NCBI GenBank assembly: GCA_902384455.1
Contig: CABMCB010000020.1
Span: forward strand, 1 to 21,273
Length of the DNA stretch: 21,273 nt
Source of the DNA: an uncultured archaeon
GTDB lineage: Archaea; Altiarchaeota; Altiarchaeia; IMC4; SCGC-AAA252-I15
Reading direction: 5' to 3'
Under the pieces are notes generated by a model. The model was not told the origin of the DNA. It made no database searches and was given only the letters and a program-made list of their open reading frames with translations. Every line of letters starts with the position of its first letter. Positions within the stretch are counted from its first letter, which is position 1. The position numbers were made by a program, and so were the translations under genes. Positions 1 to 8,664 of the stretch are shown here, piece after piece.

Positions 1-3000
1 ACGTCTTGTTCTTCATCGTCTTCCTCAACGTCTGTTTCTTCCCCGAGTACTACTACGTCTTTTTCTTCTACGTCCACTTCTACGTCTGTTTCTTCTACGA
101 GTACTTCTACGTCTGTTTCTTCCACCAGTACTTCAACGAGTTCATCCACCTCCTCAACGTCCGTTCCGGTCTGCGAAGGGGATAGTGGTGATCCTTGTGT
201 TTGTACCGATGCCAGCCCCCCAGATCCCCAAGACCGCTGCAATGACTGTAACAGATGCACTAACGATTTCGACAACAACGGCGTCTGCGAACATTACCCC
301 ACCGTAGGCGACCCGAACTGCGCAGAAGGCTCCGCCAACGAGGACTGCTGCCACGTCCCACCCTCGTCTACGTCCACTTCTGTGTCTGTGACTTCGACTT
401 CTGTGTCTACGTCCACTTCTGTTTCTGTGACTTGGACGTCTACTTCGACGTCTACTTCTGTGTCTGTGACTTCGACTTCTGTGTCTACGTCTACTTCCGT
501 GTCTGTTACGTCCACTTCCACCTCTACGTCGTTGCCTGAGGCGTGTACTTCTGGTTGTGATTGTAGTGGTGCGCCCGTTTGCGATGATTGTAATAAGTGT
601 AGCGACGACTTCTACGACGGTATTTCATGTTGGCATATGCCTGTTGTGGGCGACCCCAGTTGCAGCGCTGGCGATGAAAACGTGGATTGCTGTAATTTCC
701 CGCCTACTTCCACGTCTACTTCGACGTCTGTGTCTGTGACGTCTACTTCCACGTCTACTTCGACGTCTGTTTCTGTGACTTGGACGTCTACTTCCACGTC
801 TACTTCGACGTCTGTTTCTGTGACTTGGACGTCTACTTCCACGTCTACTTCGACGTCTGTTTCTGTGACTCAGACTTCGGTGACAACATCAACATCTACG
901 TCTACTTCCGTGTCTGTTACGTCCACTTCCACCTCTACGTCGTTGCCTGAGGCGTGTACTTCTGGTTGTGATTGTAGTGGTGCGCCTGTTTGTGATGATT
1001 GTAATAAGTGTAGCGACGACTTCTTTGACGGGTTTTCATGTCATCATTGGCCTGTTTGGGGTGACCCCGGTTGTAGTATTGATGATGCTTATGTGGATTG
1101 CTGTAATTTCCCGCCTACTTCCACGTCTACTTCAACCTCTGTGTCTGTTACGTCCACTTCCACGTCGACTTCAGTCACAATCAACCCGACCTCAACATCG
1201 TCCACGGTGACAGTAACCTTTACAACGACAACTAATCCCTGCTGCGAATGCGACATATGCTACGAAGCATCATCCTGCAACGACTGCAATTCATGCACAT
1301 ACGACTTCCTATCCCCATTCAACGGACAATGCGAACACTGGTTTAGCTGGTTCGTACCCGGCTGCGACGAATGCGGAACAGTAAACTGCTGCACAACCCC
1401 GCCCACATCAACTTCCACCTCAACGTCTGTTACTGTAACTCAAACATCTACGTCCACTTCCACGTCCACTTCCACATCTAAGTCTTTGCCTGATGCGTGA
1501 ACTTCAGCTTGTGATTGTAGTGGTGCGACTGTTTGTTATTATTGTATTAAGTGTAGCGACGAATTCTATGACGGACGCTCATGTCATCATTGGCCTGTTT
1601 GGGGTGACCCCGGTTGTAGTATTGATGATGCTTATGTGGATTGCTGTAATTTCCCGCCTACGTCCACTTCTACGTCCACATCTGTTTCTGTGACTTGGAC
1701 GTCTACTTCCACTTCAACTTCAGTTCCAGTCAACCCAACCTCAACATCGTCCACTGTAACAGTAACCTTCACTACAACAACAAACCCCTGCTGCAGCTGC
1801 GACATATGCCAAGGCCCAATATCCTGCGACGACTGCAACCCCTGCACAGACGACTTCTACGTTGAATTCAACGGACAATGCGAACACTGTCCAAGATGGT
1901 TTGACCCCGCCTGCGACGAATGCTCATCAGCAGACTGCTGCACAACCCCGCCAACATCAACTTCCACCTCCACCTCCATGCCCGTTGTATCCACTTCCTC
2001 GTCTACTTCCACTTCCGTAACCATCGTATCCACTTCCTCATCCACTTCCACTTCCGTAACCATCGTATCCACATCCTCCTCCACTTCCACCTCAATATAC
2101 AGCTCCACATCAACAACACTCTGCATACCAAGCGACATACCCCCATACTGCGAAGACTGCGACCCCTGCACAGACGACCAAGCAACATTCGACTACGAAA
2201 ACTGGATATACATATGCGCCTTCACGCCAAACGGAGCATGCGCCTCAACAACCACATCCACCTCAGTAACAGTCACAATAACAAGCACATCAACAACCAT
2301 ACAAGGATGCAGCTACTGCAACACAGACCAAGACTGCCCACTAGGCGAATGCAGCTGGTGCAACACAACCACCCACTGGTGCCAAGCAGGAGACTGCGGC
2401 AAACCATGCACAACAAACTACGACTGCCAAACAGGATGCCCAACATGCTACAACGGCCACTGCGACGCATGCAGAGGACTAATACTAACCAACACCGAAT
2501 TCGACTGCAAGAAACCAGTATTCAACATAACCGTAATCAACACAGCCCGCGAAATACCCCTACTGGAAATCAACGTAACAGACATACTATACCAACAAAC
2601 ATACATGAACGGCTTCGTAGGTCCCTGGGTAATGCTAGCCAACAGAACATGGAACCACGCAACACCCCTTGAACCAAACGAATCCATCACCTTCACATGG
2701 AGCTACTCCAAGCTGCCGGGACCATACTTCTACCCGCGAAAACAGTTCTTCTGCAGCCTGCCTTTCAACGACCAAACCAACGTCTGCTACATGAACACTC
2801 TACCCCCAACATGCTACAACGAAGTCCAATACGGCAACATAAACGCAAACAACACAGACGCAGTGTTCTGCCCGCCACCAACATGCAACATACTGCTAAT
2901 ATACAACGTGTCCTCCTCCAGCGACATCAAAGAATGCGACGTCTGCCTATGGTCCAACTTCACAGGCAGATGGGAAGGCGCACTAATCACAATGAACAGC

Positions 3001-3252
3001 TCAGCACACAACCACCCAAGCAGTCTATGCCCATCTTTGGGCGGCGGTCTGGGCGAATGGGTTGATCAAGGTTGGGTCATAAATCCAGTTCCTGGGACTA
3101 TGTACCCTGTGAACAACCGCCTGAACAACTTCACTTTATACGGAATGTGGTGCAACGACGGAGACTGGCTGTGGTCTGTGGCATGCAAGAACGACGAAGG
3201 CATGTTTGCCGTAGCAGAGCAACCGTGGCTGATGAAAATAAGGTCTGCTTAA
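1..3252 (+). CDS. 5'-truncated giant extracellular/surface glycoprotein: Thr/Ser-rich linkers alternating with Cys-rich modules, then C-terminal Ig-like domains; one in-frame TGA at 1498-1500
   Basis: Frame +1 is open from base 1 (TSCSSSS...VCEGDSGDPCVC...) to the TGA at 1498-1500 and continues in the same frame to TAA at 3252. Track ORFs 382..1500 and 1636..3252 are therefore one reading frame. It has repeated C-x-D-C-N-x-C-[TS]-x-D-F modules and many N-x-S/T sequons in the C-terminal part. No C-terminal TM anchor is seen. Confidence 0.85.
532..1659 (+). repeat. Three 174-bp (58-aa) Cys-rich type A modules at 532-705, 943-1116 and 1486-1659
   Basis: Direct alignment of LPEACTSGCDCSGAPVCDDCNKCSDDF...CCNFPP. 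The last 81 nt of copies 2 and 3 are identical. A more diverged relative lies at about 172-363. Confidence 0.95.
1234..1953 (+). repeat. Two 171-bp Cys-rich type B modules at 1234-1404 and 1783-1953
   Basis: NPCCxCDIC...CxDCNxCTxDF...FNGQCEH...CDEC...CCTTPP, each preceded by NPTSTSSTVTVTFTTTT. Confidence 0.9.
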
Positions 3253-3303
3253 ATCCGCGCGCATTCCGCTTATAACCAACGCATCCGATTTACACTAAGC
3301 ATA

Positions 3304-4245
3304 ATGCGCGAAACCATTGTTATCAACAGACTTACGCGCGAATTCGAAGAGAATGCGCGCAGATTCTTCCCCCGCAAGAAGACCCGCATAATACGCGCCG
3401 TAGACGACGTGTCGCTGTCCGTCAAAAAAGGCGAAATATACGGTCTACTCGGTCCAAACGGCTCCGGCAAGACAACAACGACCAAAATACTTTCGACGCT
3501 GCTGACCCCCACGTCGGGGGAAGTGAACGTCGCAGGATACGACGTACTAAAACAACCACAGGAAGTCAGAAAAAACATAGGGGTGATGCTGGGGCAACAA
3601 CTGATTTACCACCGGCTTAGCGGCCGCGACAACCTTATGTTGTATGGCGACTTGTATGGTGTGGAAGATGTGGGTGAGCGTATAGAGGAGCTTGCGGGTT
3701 TTTTCGGGTTGTCTGAGCGTCTTGATTCTCTTGTGGAAACTTATTCTACTGGGATGAAGTGTAGGCTTGCGGTTGTTAGGGCGTTGATTCATGATCCTCC
3801 TGTTTTGCTTTTGGATGAGCCTACTTTGGGGCTTGATCCTCAGGCGGCGGTTAAGCTTCGCGAGCAGATTAAGGCGCTGTCTAAGGAAGGTAAGACCATC
3901 TTTTTGTGTACTCACTATATGCTTGAGGCGGAGTATCTGTGCGACAAAGTGGGTATTCTGTCTAAGGGTCGGCTTCTTTTTTCAGGTGACACGCGGCATG
4001 TAGTTACGCAGGTTCCTCACAGTGACGTCCTTGAAGTCAGGTTTACGTCGCAGTCTAAAAAGACGGTTGAGGCGGCGTTGGGCGTCCGCTCGATAGAAGA
4101 CTGCGTTCAAATAGAGTTTTCCGGGGCGCAGCACCTCACGAGTTTACTGCGCAAAATAGCCGAATCCGGCGCTACAGTAACGTCAATGAACGTAAAATCC
4201 CCCACATTAGAAGATGTTTTCGTCTATTTCGCGGAGAATCCGTAG
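3304..4245 (+). CDS. ABC transporter ATP-binding protein (ABC-2/drug-exporter type)
   Basis: Walker A GPNGSGKT, signature YSTGM, Walker B LLLDEP, H-loop CTH, and a C-terminal PTLEDVF motif typical of DrrA/NodI-like ATPases. Confidence 0.95.
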   Translation: MRETIVINRLTREFEENARRFFPRKKTRIIRAVDDVSLSVKKGEIYGLLGPNGSGKTTTTKILSTLLTPTSGEVNVAGYDVLKQPQEVRKNIGVMLGQQLIYHRLSGRDNLMLYGDLYGVEDVGERIEELAGFFGLSERLDSLVETYSTGMKCRLAVVRALIHDPPVLLLDEPTLGLDPQAAVKLREQIKALSKEGKTIFLCTHYMLEAEYLCDKVGILSKGRLLFSGDTRHVVTQVPHSDVLEVRFTSQSKKTVEAALGVRSIEDCVQIEFSGAQHLTSLLRKIAESGATVTSMNVKSPTLEDVFVYFAENP

Positions 4246-5032
4246 AATACTGGCGTTGTCCCTGACGGACTTCAAAGACGAGTACAGGTTTAAACTGCAC
4301 TACGTCACGACCCTATCATACCCTCTGCCAACGCTCGTATTGTTTTTTGTCGCATACGCCAGCGTAATAAACGTATCGGGCATAGGCTCACTCCAGTTCA
4401 TACCCGACGGAAAACTCAACTCCTACCTGCTTTCCGCAGCAATAACGTACGGAATAGTGGGCGTCGTATGGGGCAGAGCCCACTTTCTGAGGGCAAAATA
4501 CATGCAAGTCCTGGAAGGACTCCTTCTTGCGCCAATAAACCGCATATACATGTTTCTGGGCAAAACCCTCAAGGTGCTCATAGAATCATCGCTTGCGCTG
4601 ACCCCCCTAATCCTAATACTCCTCTACGAAACAACACCCCTACCCTCCGCAAAAAACATAATAACCGCACTCCTCATACTACTGCTCACACTAATAATAT
4701 TCCTCTCCCTCGACTTCATGGTCGCCTCAATAGAACTAGCAGAAGAAGGAATAGCATCCATAGCCGTCATATACGGCCAACGATTCTTCCTATTTTTCGG
4801 CTGCCTATACTACCCCATCGACGTCCTGCCTCAAGTGCTGCACCCGCTAGTTTACATGAACCCCCTATACCACTCCATAAACCTGTTCAGATGGAGCCTG
4901 CTCAATTTCCCCCCAACAACAGACCCAACAATATCTATGGCCTATCTTATTGCGCTATCCTTAACCCTGCCTCTGCTATCCGTAAAACTGCTGGAACACG
5001 TGTTTGTCCGATACGGCATACGCGGATACTAA
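4214..5032 (+). CDS. ABC-2 type transporter permease
   Basis: About six hydrophobic segments, LEGLLLAPI and YYPIDVLP...NPLYH motifs of ABC-2 permeases; overlaps the ATPase gene. Confidence 0.9.
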   Translation: MFSSISRRIRRILALSLTDFKDEYRFKLHYVTTLSYPLPTLVLFFVAYASVINVSGIGSLQFIPDGKLNSYLLSAAITYGIVGVVWGRAHFLRAKYMQVLEGLLLAPINRIYMFLGKTLKVLIESSLALTPLILILLYETTPLPSAKNIITALLILLLTLIIFLSLDFMVASIELAEEGIASIAVIYGQRFFLFFGCLYYPIDVLPQVLHPLVYMNPLYHSINLFRWSLLNFPPTTDPTISMAYLIALSLTLPLLSVKLLEHVFVRYGIRGY

Positions 5033-5568
5033 AACTGCGCCCGCTTCATCCTCCTTCTGCGCACAAACGAAACGCAAAAAGGCACGATAAAAAACAAGGC
5101 AGACAAACAAAATTCCGCGGCAAATCCGAAAGAAAAATTCCAGGCCGGCGAAACAAGCCACCCCACCAGGCAGCCGAGTGCCGCGCCCACGGCAACACCC
5201 AAAACCGAGTGAAAACCCAAAGCAAGCCGGGAAAGCAGGTAAAAGATTCCTATAGGCAAAAGCGCAATACCCCAGACGGGATTCAAACCGAAGACGAACG
5301 CCGAAATGCCCCAAGACAACATCGTGTGGATGCTAGGGACGTCATACAAAGTCCAGTAAAAACCTCCGTAATACGCCTTAGGCCTGGGCGTCTTAAGCAG
5401 AGCCTTGACCGTAATTCCCGCTGCCAGGCAAATCCACAGGAAAAGCGAGGTATGCGATAGGATGAACGCTGCGTTTGAGTGGCCAAGCAGAATCAAATAA
5501 ACGCCTAAAACAAAGTAAGGCGCCTCAGGATACCTCTCGATACCCCAATATAAGCGCGAAAAAAACAT
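5029..5568 (-). CDS. PAP2-family membrane lipid-phosphate phosphatase (possibly a polyprenyl/dolichyl-diphosphatase)
   Basis: Three PAP2 motifs are recognisable: K-x6-RP (KALLKTPRP), PSIH (consensus PSGH) and SR-x5-H (SRLALGFH). Multiple TM segments. The start overlaps the TPR gene stop (TGATG). Confidence 0.8.
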   Translation of the reverse strand: MFFSRLYWGIERYPEAPYFVLGVYLILLGHSNAAFILSHTSLFLWICLAAGITVKALLKTPRPKAYYGGFYWTLYDVPSIHTMLSWGISAFVFGLNPVWGIALLPIGIFYLLSRLALGFHSVLGVAVGAALGCLVGWLVSPAWNFSFGFAAEFCLSALFFIVPFCVSFVRRRRMKRAQF

Positions 5569-5960
5569 CAGTCGTTCCCTGATTTCTTAAGGAGAATAAT
5601 CCTGTACTGCTCCTGCGCCTCGTCGTAATCCGGGTTGATTCGGACGGCGGACTCATAGTCCTTAACGGCCGCCTCATAGTTGCGCAAGTACTCGTGCAAA
5701 AGACCTCGCGTGTAATATGCTTCCGCAAGTTCGGGCTGAAGCTCAATAACGCGCGTGTGGTCTGATATGGCCCTCTCGAAATTCTGTAGTCGCGCGTAAG
5801 CGAGGCCTCTGTTGAAGTATGCTTCGCTTAAGTCGGGCTTGATTTCAATTGCTTTGGAGTAGTGTTCAACCGCCTTCTTGAAGTCGCCGAGCCGGTAGAA
5901 GTCGTTCGCCAGATTATGATGCTCCCAGTCTAATCCCGGATTAACCACGCTTAAATCCAC
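5568..5960 (-). CDS. Tetratricopeptide repeat protein (about 3 TPRs)
   Basis: Canonical TPR repeats (EAYFNRGLAYARL...; EAYYTRGLLHEYL...). The start was moved from the track's 6023 to an in-frame GTG at 5960, because the longer version overlaps the divergent gene and its AT-rich promoter. Confidence 0.85.
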   Translation of the reverse strand: MDLSVVNPGLDWEHHNLANDFYRLGDFKKAVEHYSKAIEIKPDLSEAYFNRGLAYARLQNFERAISDHTRVIELQPELAEAYYTRGLLHEYLRNYEAAVKDYESAVRINPDYDEAQEQYRIILLKKSGND

Positions 5961-5978
5961 CCTCAAACTACCTTGGGA

Positions 5979-5995
5979 AATTAAATAATATAAAC
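5979..5995. promoter_or_regulatory. AT-rich TATA-like core of the divergent promoter between the TPR gene and the 599-aa gene
   Basis: AATTAAATAATATAAAC lies between divergent starts at 5960 and 6015. Confidence 0.5.
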
Positions 5996-6014
5996 TCGCA
6001 TCTGTAAACTCAGC

Positions 6015-7814
6015 ATGCGCCAATTTACGATACTTATCCTGCTCTTGGTTCTCTACCTCCTTACCACTTCAGTTTCCGCAACAAGCATAATACAGCAAAA
6101 CTGGCGCATACCGCTGATTTCAGGAGTAGACTACATAACCGTTCAAGACGCAGGAAACGGGGAAAAAGAAATAATCGCCGTATCCGGCCTCAGAGGAGCG
6201 CGAACGACGATATACAAAATCACCCCCTCAGGCGAACCGATAGAAGACTTCCTCATACCACGCTTCTACTCATACGCCTACCCCACAGAAGTGCACGTCC
6301 TAGTCAGACCCGCCCAAATAGACGGCACAACAAAATACATAACCGCATCCGAAGCGATAGGCCAGGCGACGATAGCCCACAACCTATATCTGGCTGAAAG
6401 AACATACTCACGGGAAAAATCCGCCGTAACGACGGAAATGGCGTGGGCCTACCGTGAATCCGGCCTCACAACAGACGCTTTGGTTTCATCTGAAAACGGC
6501 TCTTCCGAGATATTCACGGTAAGCGAAGACACTTTCGTTAGGATTCTTAGCGCCGACGGCAACCTGATTTTAAATCGCACTTTAGGCGAACCAATCTGGA
6601 TGATAGCGAAGCTGCCTCCTAAGTTCAACAGAACTTCAGAATACGTTGCGGGCTCATCCAGCCACCTATTCATAATAAACCAAAGCTTGGACGTAGTCCG
6701 CAAAGTTCCGTCACCCTCCCGGCCCCGCAGGCTGATAGCATTCAACGACACGTCAGGGGCGCAGATACTCGCATTATTCGCCGATTCAGCAATCCTATAC
6801 GACACAGAACTTGAACCCAAAACAGTGCTCCCCATAACTCAAATGCAGGCGGCTGTCGCATCCGACATAAACGAAGACAATGAGACCGAGCTGGTGATGT
6901 CCACAGACTACGACCTGCTGGTTCTATCCACCGCCGGAGACGTGATACTAAACCAGACTCTCCCCGAAAAGACCGTCGACTTGCTTACCGCAGAAACCAA
7001 CAACGCCAAGCAGATAATCGTCGGCACTCACGATTCCATCGTCGCCTACACAATAAACGTCCAGCCGCTGTACGCGACAAAAGCAGAACTGCTTTCCGGC
7101 AAAGCCGAAATAAGCGCCCAAAAAAACATGCACCAAAACTCCGCCGACCAATACAGTCACGCCGCGGAATTATTCCTCAAAGCAGGCATGCCTACGCAAG
7201 CGCAGGAAGCCTTAACTAAAGCGGACGTTCAGTTGAAGGAAAAAGCGGCGATTCAAGCTGTTGACGCCATAAAGAACGCATTAAAGTCAGGCGACGTGGA
7301 CGGTGCCCGCCGGCTGTATTACGAGGCCCTCTCTAACGCCGGCGACACAGCAGACATTGCTCCTTACGTTAAAGACGTCAGAGCGCTTGAGGCCTCAATA
7401 AACTCCGCAGAAAAAGCCGACGCAGTATACGCTAATGCGAGCGAAAGTTATGTTGCGTCGAATTACGCGGACGCATTGGCAAAAGCAGATGAGGCGATAC
7501 GACTATACGTGGAAGTTGACAATCAAGTGGGAATAAACAAGGCGCGGTCGCTTAAGTCTCTTGTCGAACGCAGAACGTCCGAGGAGAACCTCGCCCAATC
7601 AAAGCCGGTCTCATACTCCACAACAACGATAAAACCCAAGCAGACGCAAGAGGCGCCGGCCACCGAAAATAATGCGATAATAGCAATCCTTCTCGCAGTG
7701 GTCCTACTGGCGATACTTCTTGCCCTCCTAAAGCTGCGCTACAGAAGCCCCCCAAAAAGGAACGATAAAACACTCAAAAGCCCAACAGAAACTAAACCAG
7801 CTACTTCTTCTTAA
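6015..7814 (+). CDS. Membrane-anchored extracellular protein: signal peptide, beta-rich (propeller/FG-GAP-like) region, helical TPR-like region, C-terminal TM helix with basic tail
   Basis: Hydrophobic N-terminus (FTILILLLVLYLL...SVSA), a DINEDNETELV FG-GAP-like motif, Ala-rich helical repeats, and IIAILLAVVLLAILLALL followed by KLRYR. Confidence 0.8.
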   Translation: MRQFTILILLLVLYLLTTSVSATSIIQQNWRIPLISGVDYITVQDAGNGEKEIIAVSGLRGARTTIYKITPSGEPIEDFLIPRFYSYAYPTEVHVLVRPAQIDGTTKYITASEAIGQATIAHNLYLAERTYSREKSAVTTEMAWAYRESGLTTDALVSSENGSSEIFTVSEDTFVRILSADGNLILNRTLGEPIWMIAKLPPKFNRTSEYVAGSSSHLFIINQSLDVVRKVPSPSRPRRLIAFNDTSGAQILALFADSAILYDTELEPKTVLPITQMQAAVASDINEDNETELVMSTDYDLLVLSTAGDVILNQTLPEKTVDLLTAETNNAKQIIVGTHDSIVAYTINVQPLYATKAELLSGKAEISAQKNMHQNSADQYSHAAELFLKAGMPTQAQEALTKADVQLKEKAAIQAVDAIKNALKSGDVDGARRLYYEALSNAGDTADIAPYVKDVRALEASINSAEKADAVYANASESYVASNYADALAKADEAIRLYVEVDNQVGINKARSLKSLVERRTSEENLAQSKPVSYSTTTIKPKQTQEAPATENNAIIAILLAVVLLAILLALLKLRYRSPPKRNDKTLKSPTETKPATSS

Positions 7815-7893
7815 GGTGACGTAGCCTACGCCTACGCTTCTTCAGCTTGTGCTTGTTCATCTGGGCGCGCTTGCGCTTGCGTCCACACGGCAT
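7801..7893 (-). CDS. 30-aa basic peptide resembling ribosomal protein bS22/mS38 (AURKAIP1/COX24, DUF1713 domain)
   Basis: Hand translation gives MPCGRKRKRAQMNKHKLKKRRRRLRHLKKK*, with ATG at 7893 and TAG at 7803-7801. This matches the MPxG[KR]KRKR..M..HK.KKR.R..RH.KK pattern recalled for this family. A TATA-like TTTATAT lies about 25 nt upstream. It is below the ORF-track cutoff. Confidence 0.8.
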   Translation of the reverse strand: MPCGRKRKRAQMNKHKLKKRRRRLRHLKKK

Positions 7894-7914
7894 ACTACCT
7901 ACTTACGAGGCAAG

Positions 7915-7924
7915 AATATAAATA
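7915..7924. promoter_or_regulatory. TATA box in the divergent promoter region of the bS22-like gene and the lipoprotein gene
   Basis: AATATAAATA (TATTTATATT on the - strand), about 25-30 nt from both start codons. Confidence 0.55.
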
Positions 7925-7953
7925 CTCACCAACAATTGATTAGCTGAAACCAG

Positions 7954-8664
7954 ATGCGCAAAACACTCCTAATTCTCTGCCTTACAGTAGCCATATCAGC
8001 ATGCCTATCCCAAACATCCGACTACTCCATAAACGGCCAAGTCAAATGGCCCACATCCCTAACGCGGCAACAGCAGCAATCTGAAATCACAAGGCTACTG
8101 ACACTTGGAACAGAAGAAGTAGGATACACATGCAACATAGTCTCAATACCATCATGGGGCCAAAACATCACCGCAGACTACGCAGTAAGCGGAAAAAGAA
8201 TCCGCATGGTACAAACGAACCCGCAAACAAACATAACCACAGTAGGCCTGCAAAACGAAGACGGCCTCTTCATTTTTGATCCCGTAAATAAGTCGGGAAT
8301 CAAAATCGTGGATTCCTCTCAGATGCCTTCCTACACCAGTATTTCCAGTCAGATGGCGGTGGACACTTCCGGGGCGAGCATTGTAGGCGAAGACATGTTT
8401 GACAACCGGAGGGTTGTGGTTATAGACCTGGATTACCCCTCTGCGAAAGGGCGAGTATGGCTGTGGAAGGACCACGGAGTCCCTCTTAGAATCGTCACCC
8501 GGGAAGAACGGGGGCTGTCTGAATTCAACTGCTTTGACGCCAAAATAAACCCCCCCGAAAAATTATTTCTGATTCCGGACGACGTGGAAATCAAAGATGT
8601 TTCGCCATTGCTAACTCAGATGGTGCGGCAAAACAGCAGCTTAGGGCCCACAGTAACTAGGTGA
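7954..8664 (+). CDS. Putative lipoprotein with LolA/DUF4412-like beta fold
   Basis: Signal peptide ending in lipobox-like ISAC. The C-terminal RVWLWKDHGVPLRI...PPEKLFLIP pattern is typical of LolA-like/DUF4412 proteins (fold call is inference). Confidence 0.7.
   Translation: MRKTLLILCLTVAISACLSQTSDYSINGQVKWPTSLTRQQQQSEITRLLTLGTEEVGYTCNIVSIPSWGQNITADYAVSGKRIRMVQTNPQTNITTVGLQNEDGLFIFDPVNKSGIKIVDSSQMPSYTSISSQMAVDTSGASIVGEDMFDNRRVVVIDLDYPSAKGRVWLWKDHGVPLRIVTREERGLSEFNCFDAKINPPEKLFLIPDDVEIKDVSPLLTQMVRQNSSLGPTVTR

Larger units (their letters stand above)
1..2300 (+). repeat. Low-complexity Thr-Ser(-Val) coding microrepeats (ACGTCT/ACTTCC-type hexamers) between the Cys modules
   Basis: Repeated (TS)n and SVSVT tracts are visible throughout, for example at 364-531, 706-942 and 1954-2118. 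Confidence 0.9.

Noticed and set aside
1-70. Odd residues (Cys, Pro, Phe) in the first Thr/Ser tract
   Set aside because: Single-base deviations at the very edge of the sequence are most simply low-quality consensus.
1498-1500. Genome-wide UGA reassignment
   Set aside because: rio1, trxB, purB and oapA end at TGA at their expected lengths, and no other gene has an internal TGA.
532-1659. Near-identical repeats as a DGR template/variable pair
   Set aside because: Mismatches are not confined to adenines of one copy on either strand, all copies are in the coding frame, and no reverse transcriptase is in the window.
360-2120. Short periodic repeats as a CRISPR array
   Set aside because: They are degenerate in-frame Thr/Ser codon runs with no fixed repeat-spacer periodicity and no cas genes.
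4468-5460. Long alternative-frame ORFs (also 1920..2672, 8951..9550, 10223..11011, 17365..18021, 18323..18832)
   Set aside because: They overlap well-supported genes, have no recognisable motifs, and are expected where T-poor (AC-rich) tracts or antisense codon bias deplete stop codons.
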